Below, one piece after another: positions 62,406-64,000 of a stretch of DNA of 64,000 nucleotides (its first letter is position 1; the number at the start of each line of letters is the position of its first letter). The notes under the pieces were generated by a model. The model ran no database searches, was not told the origin of the DNA, and worked only from the letters and a program-made list of their open reading frames with translations. The position numbers and the translations under genes are program-made. Origin of the DNA: Terriglobia bacterium (GTDB taxonomy: Bacteria > Acidobacteriota > Terriglobia > JAJPHL01 > JAPKYU01); assembly GCA_965206645.1 (NCBI GenBank), contig CBDBKE010000003.1, positions 608,001 to 672,000 of the forward strand. Reading direction: 5' to 3'.

Positions 62406-63764
62406 GTGTTCCCAACAATTGGAGCCGAAGCCGTCAAGGAAAACCAGGAGCCCTACTTCGCCAGCTTCGCGGAACTGGAGAAGCGGCTGGGCGGAGGCGC
62501 GGGATCTTGGATTCATCAGCTTCGCCGCCAGGCCATTGCACGCTTCGGCGAACTCGGCTTCCCCACCACGCATCAGGAGGAGTGGAAGTACACCAACGTC
62601 GCCCCGCTCGTCCGGGTTCCATTTCAGCCTGTCACTCAGCAGACACACGGGCTGAGCGCCGAAGAGATGGCGTGCGCACCGCTGGCCGGAGTAACCAAGA
62701 ACCGGCTGGTGTTTGTCAACGGCTCCTACTGTGGCGAGCTATCTTCGACCGCCGGGCTGCCGGAGGGTATTCAGGCCGCCAGCCTGGCTGAGGCCCTGGC
62801 CGGCGAGGCCGGCCGGAGCGGCGAGCTGGAGCAACATCTGGCGCGGCATGCCGGCTACGACCAGCAGCCGTTTGTAGCGCTGAACACTGCGTTTCTGGAA
62901 CAGGGAGCCTTCCTCCGGATTCCCCGGGGTCTGGTTCTGAAGGAGCCCATCCAACTGCTGTTTGTTTCCACTGGCGCTGCGGCACCCTATATATCCCACC
63001 CCCGGAACCTGATCCTGCTGGAGCAGGAGAGCCAGGTAGCTGTGGTCGAGAGCTACGTTGGACTGGGCGAGGCCGTCTATTTCACCAACGCGGTCACCGA
63101 GATCGTGGTGGGCGAGAACGCGGTGGTCCAGCACTACAAACTGCAGCAGGAAAGCCAGCGCGCTTTCCACGTAGCCACGGTGCAGGTGCACCAAGCGCGC
63201 AGCAGCGTGTTCACCAATCACAACATCTCGCTGGGCGGCGCCCTGGTGCGCAACGACCTGACCGCGGTGCTGGACGGGGAAGGCGCCGAGTGCACACTGA
63301 ACGGCCTGTACCTGGGCACGGGCCGCCAGCACATAGACAACCACACCACCCTGGACCATGCCCGGCCCCACTGTAGCAGCCACGAGACCTACAAGGGCAT
63401 CCTGGATGGAAGAGCTACCGGGGTGTTCAACGGTGGAATCATTGTGCGGCAGGACGCGCAGAAGACCAACGCCAAGCAGAGCAACAGGAACCTGCTGCTG
63501 TCGGAAGCGGCGGTGATCAACACCAAGCCACAATTGCAGATCTGGGCCGACGACGTCCGCTGCACCCACGGGGCGACCATTGGGCAAATTGACCAGGACG
63601 CCTTGTTCTACCTGCGTACGCGAGGCATTGATCAGCAGGCGGCTCGCCACCTTCTGACCTACGCCTTCGCCAGCGAGCTACTGGGGCAGATGAATCTGGA
63701 GGCCGTGCGCGGTTGGGCGGAGACGGAGTTGTTTGCACAGCTGGCCGAGGGCTGGAGGAGTTGA
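62406..63764 (+). CDS. sufD: Fe-S cluster assembly protein SufD
   Basis: [45 protein letters not shown]; start uncertain. Confidence 0.95.
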   Translation: MFPTIGAEAVKENQEPYFASFAELEKRLGGGAGSWIHQLRRQAIARFGELGFPTTHQEEWKYTNVAPLVRVPFQPVTQQTHGLSAEEMACAPLAGVTKNRLVFVNGSYCGELSSTAGLPEGIQAASLAEALAGEAGRSGELEQHLARHAGYDQQPFVALNTAFLEQGAFLRIPRGLVLKEPIQLLFVSTGAAAPYISHPRNLILLEQESQVAVVESYVGLGEAVYFTNAVTEIVVGENAVVQHYKLQQESQRAFHVATVQVHQARSSVFTNHNISLGGALVRNDLTAVLDGEGAECTLNGLYLGTGRQHIDNHTTLDHARPHCSSHETYKGILDGRATGVFNGGIIVRQDAQKTNAKQSNRNLLLSEAAVINTKPQLQIWADDVRCTHGATIGQIDQDALFYLRTRGIDQQAARHLLTYAFASELLGQMNLEAVRGWAETELFAQLAEGWRS

Positions 63765-63768
63765 AGCG

Positions 63769-64000
63769 ATGCGCACTGGTGGCAGCCCTGTGATGAGTTC
63801 CACGGCGCGAGAGGCGATCCTTGACGTGCAGAAGATTCGGGAGGACTTCCCGATCCTCAAGCAAACCGTGCACGGCAAGCCCCTGGTCTACCTGGACAAT
63901 GCGGCCACCAGCCAGAAGCCGCAGGTGGTGATTGACGCCGAGCTGCGCTTCTACCTACAGGACTGTTCCAACGTCCACCGCGGCATTCACCAGCTTAGTG
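63769..64000 (+). CDS. sufS: Cysteine desulfurase SufS, partial (runs off the window)
   Basis: IREDFPIL...[16 protein letters not shown]...SNVHRG. Confidence 0.93.
   Translation, partial: MRTGGSPVMSSTAREAILDVQKIREDFPILKQTVHGKPLVYLDNAATSQKPQVVIDAELRFYLQDCSNVHRGIHQLS

Overview
GC-rich bacterial chromosome segment, most likely Acidobacteriota (inferred from gene order, protein types and REP-like repeats). It is mostly housekeeping: purH, ispE-prs-rplY-pth-rpsF-rpsR-rplI, larB, HU, lpxC, polA-ruvA-ruvB-folK-dNK, SLT/amidase, cobB, gcvT-H-PA-PB, aminotransferase, pyk, bamA-skp and sufBCDS. Main candidates for novelty: (1) an exported FG-GAP/ASPIC-UnbV (CRTAC1-like) protein fused to a TlpA thioredoxin, split only by one in-frame UGA (45297-45299) followed by an fdhF-like SECIS hairpin, i.e. 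a candidate selenoprotein; (2) two copies of a 34-bp attI-like motif 26 kb apart, each followed by one low-GC cassette-like gene with an attC remnant and no integrase in the window, both genes later hit by IS elements (IS3; IS30 plus a truncated IS1380 still bounded by a 5-bp duplication); (3) a 53-aa, 11-Cys protein absent from the ORF track and abutting cobB; (4) a MarR-linked QueG/reductive-dehalogenase-like Fe-S protein fused to SCP2. Single-base deletions in polA and in the DUF3142 partner gene suggest sequencing indels. No rRNA, tRNA or CRISPR array was recognised.
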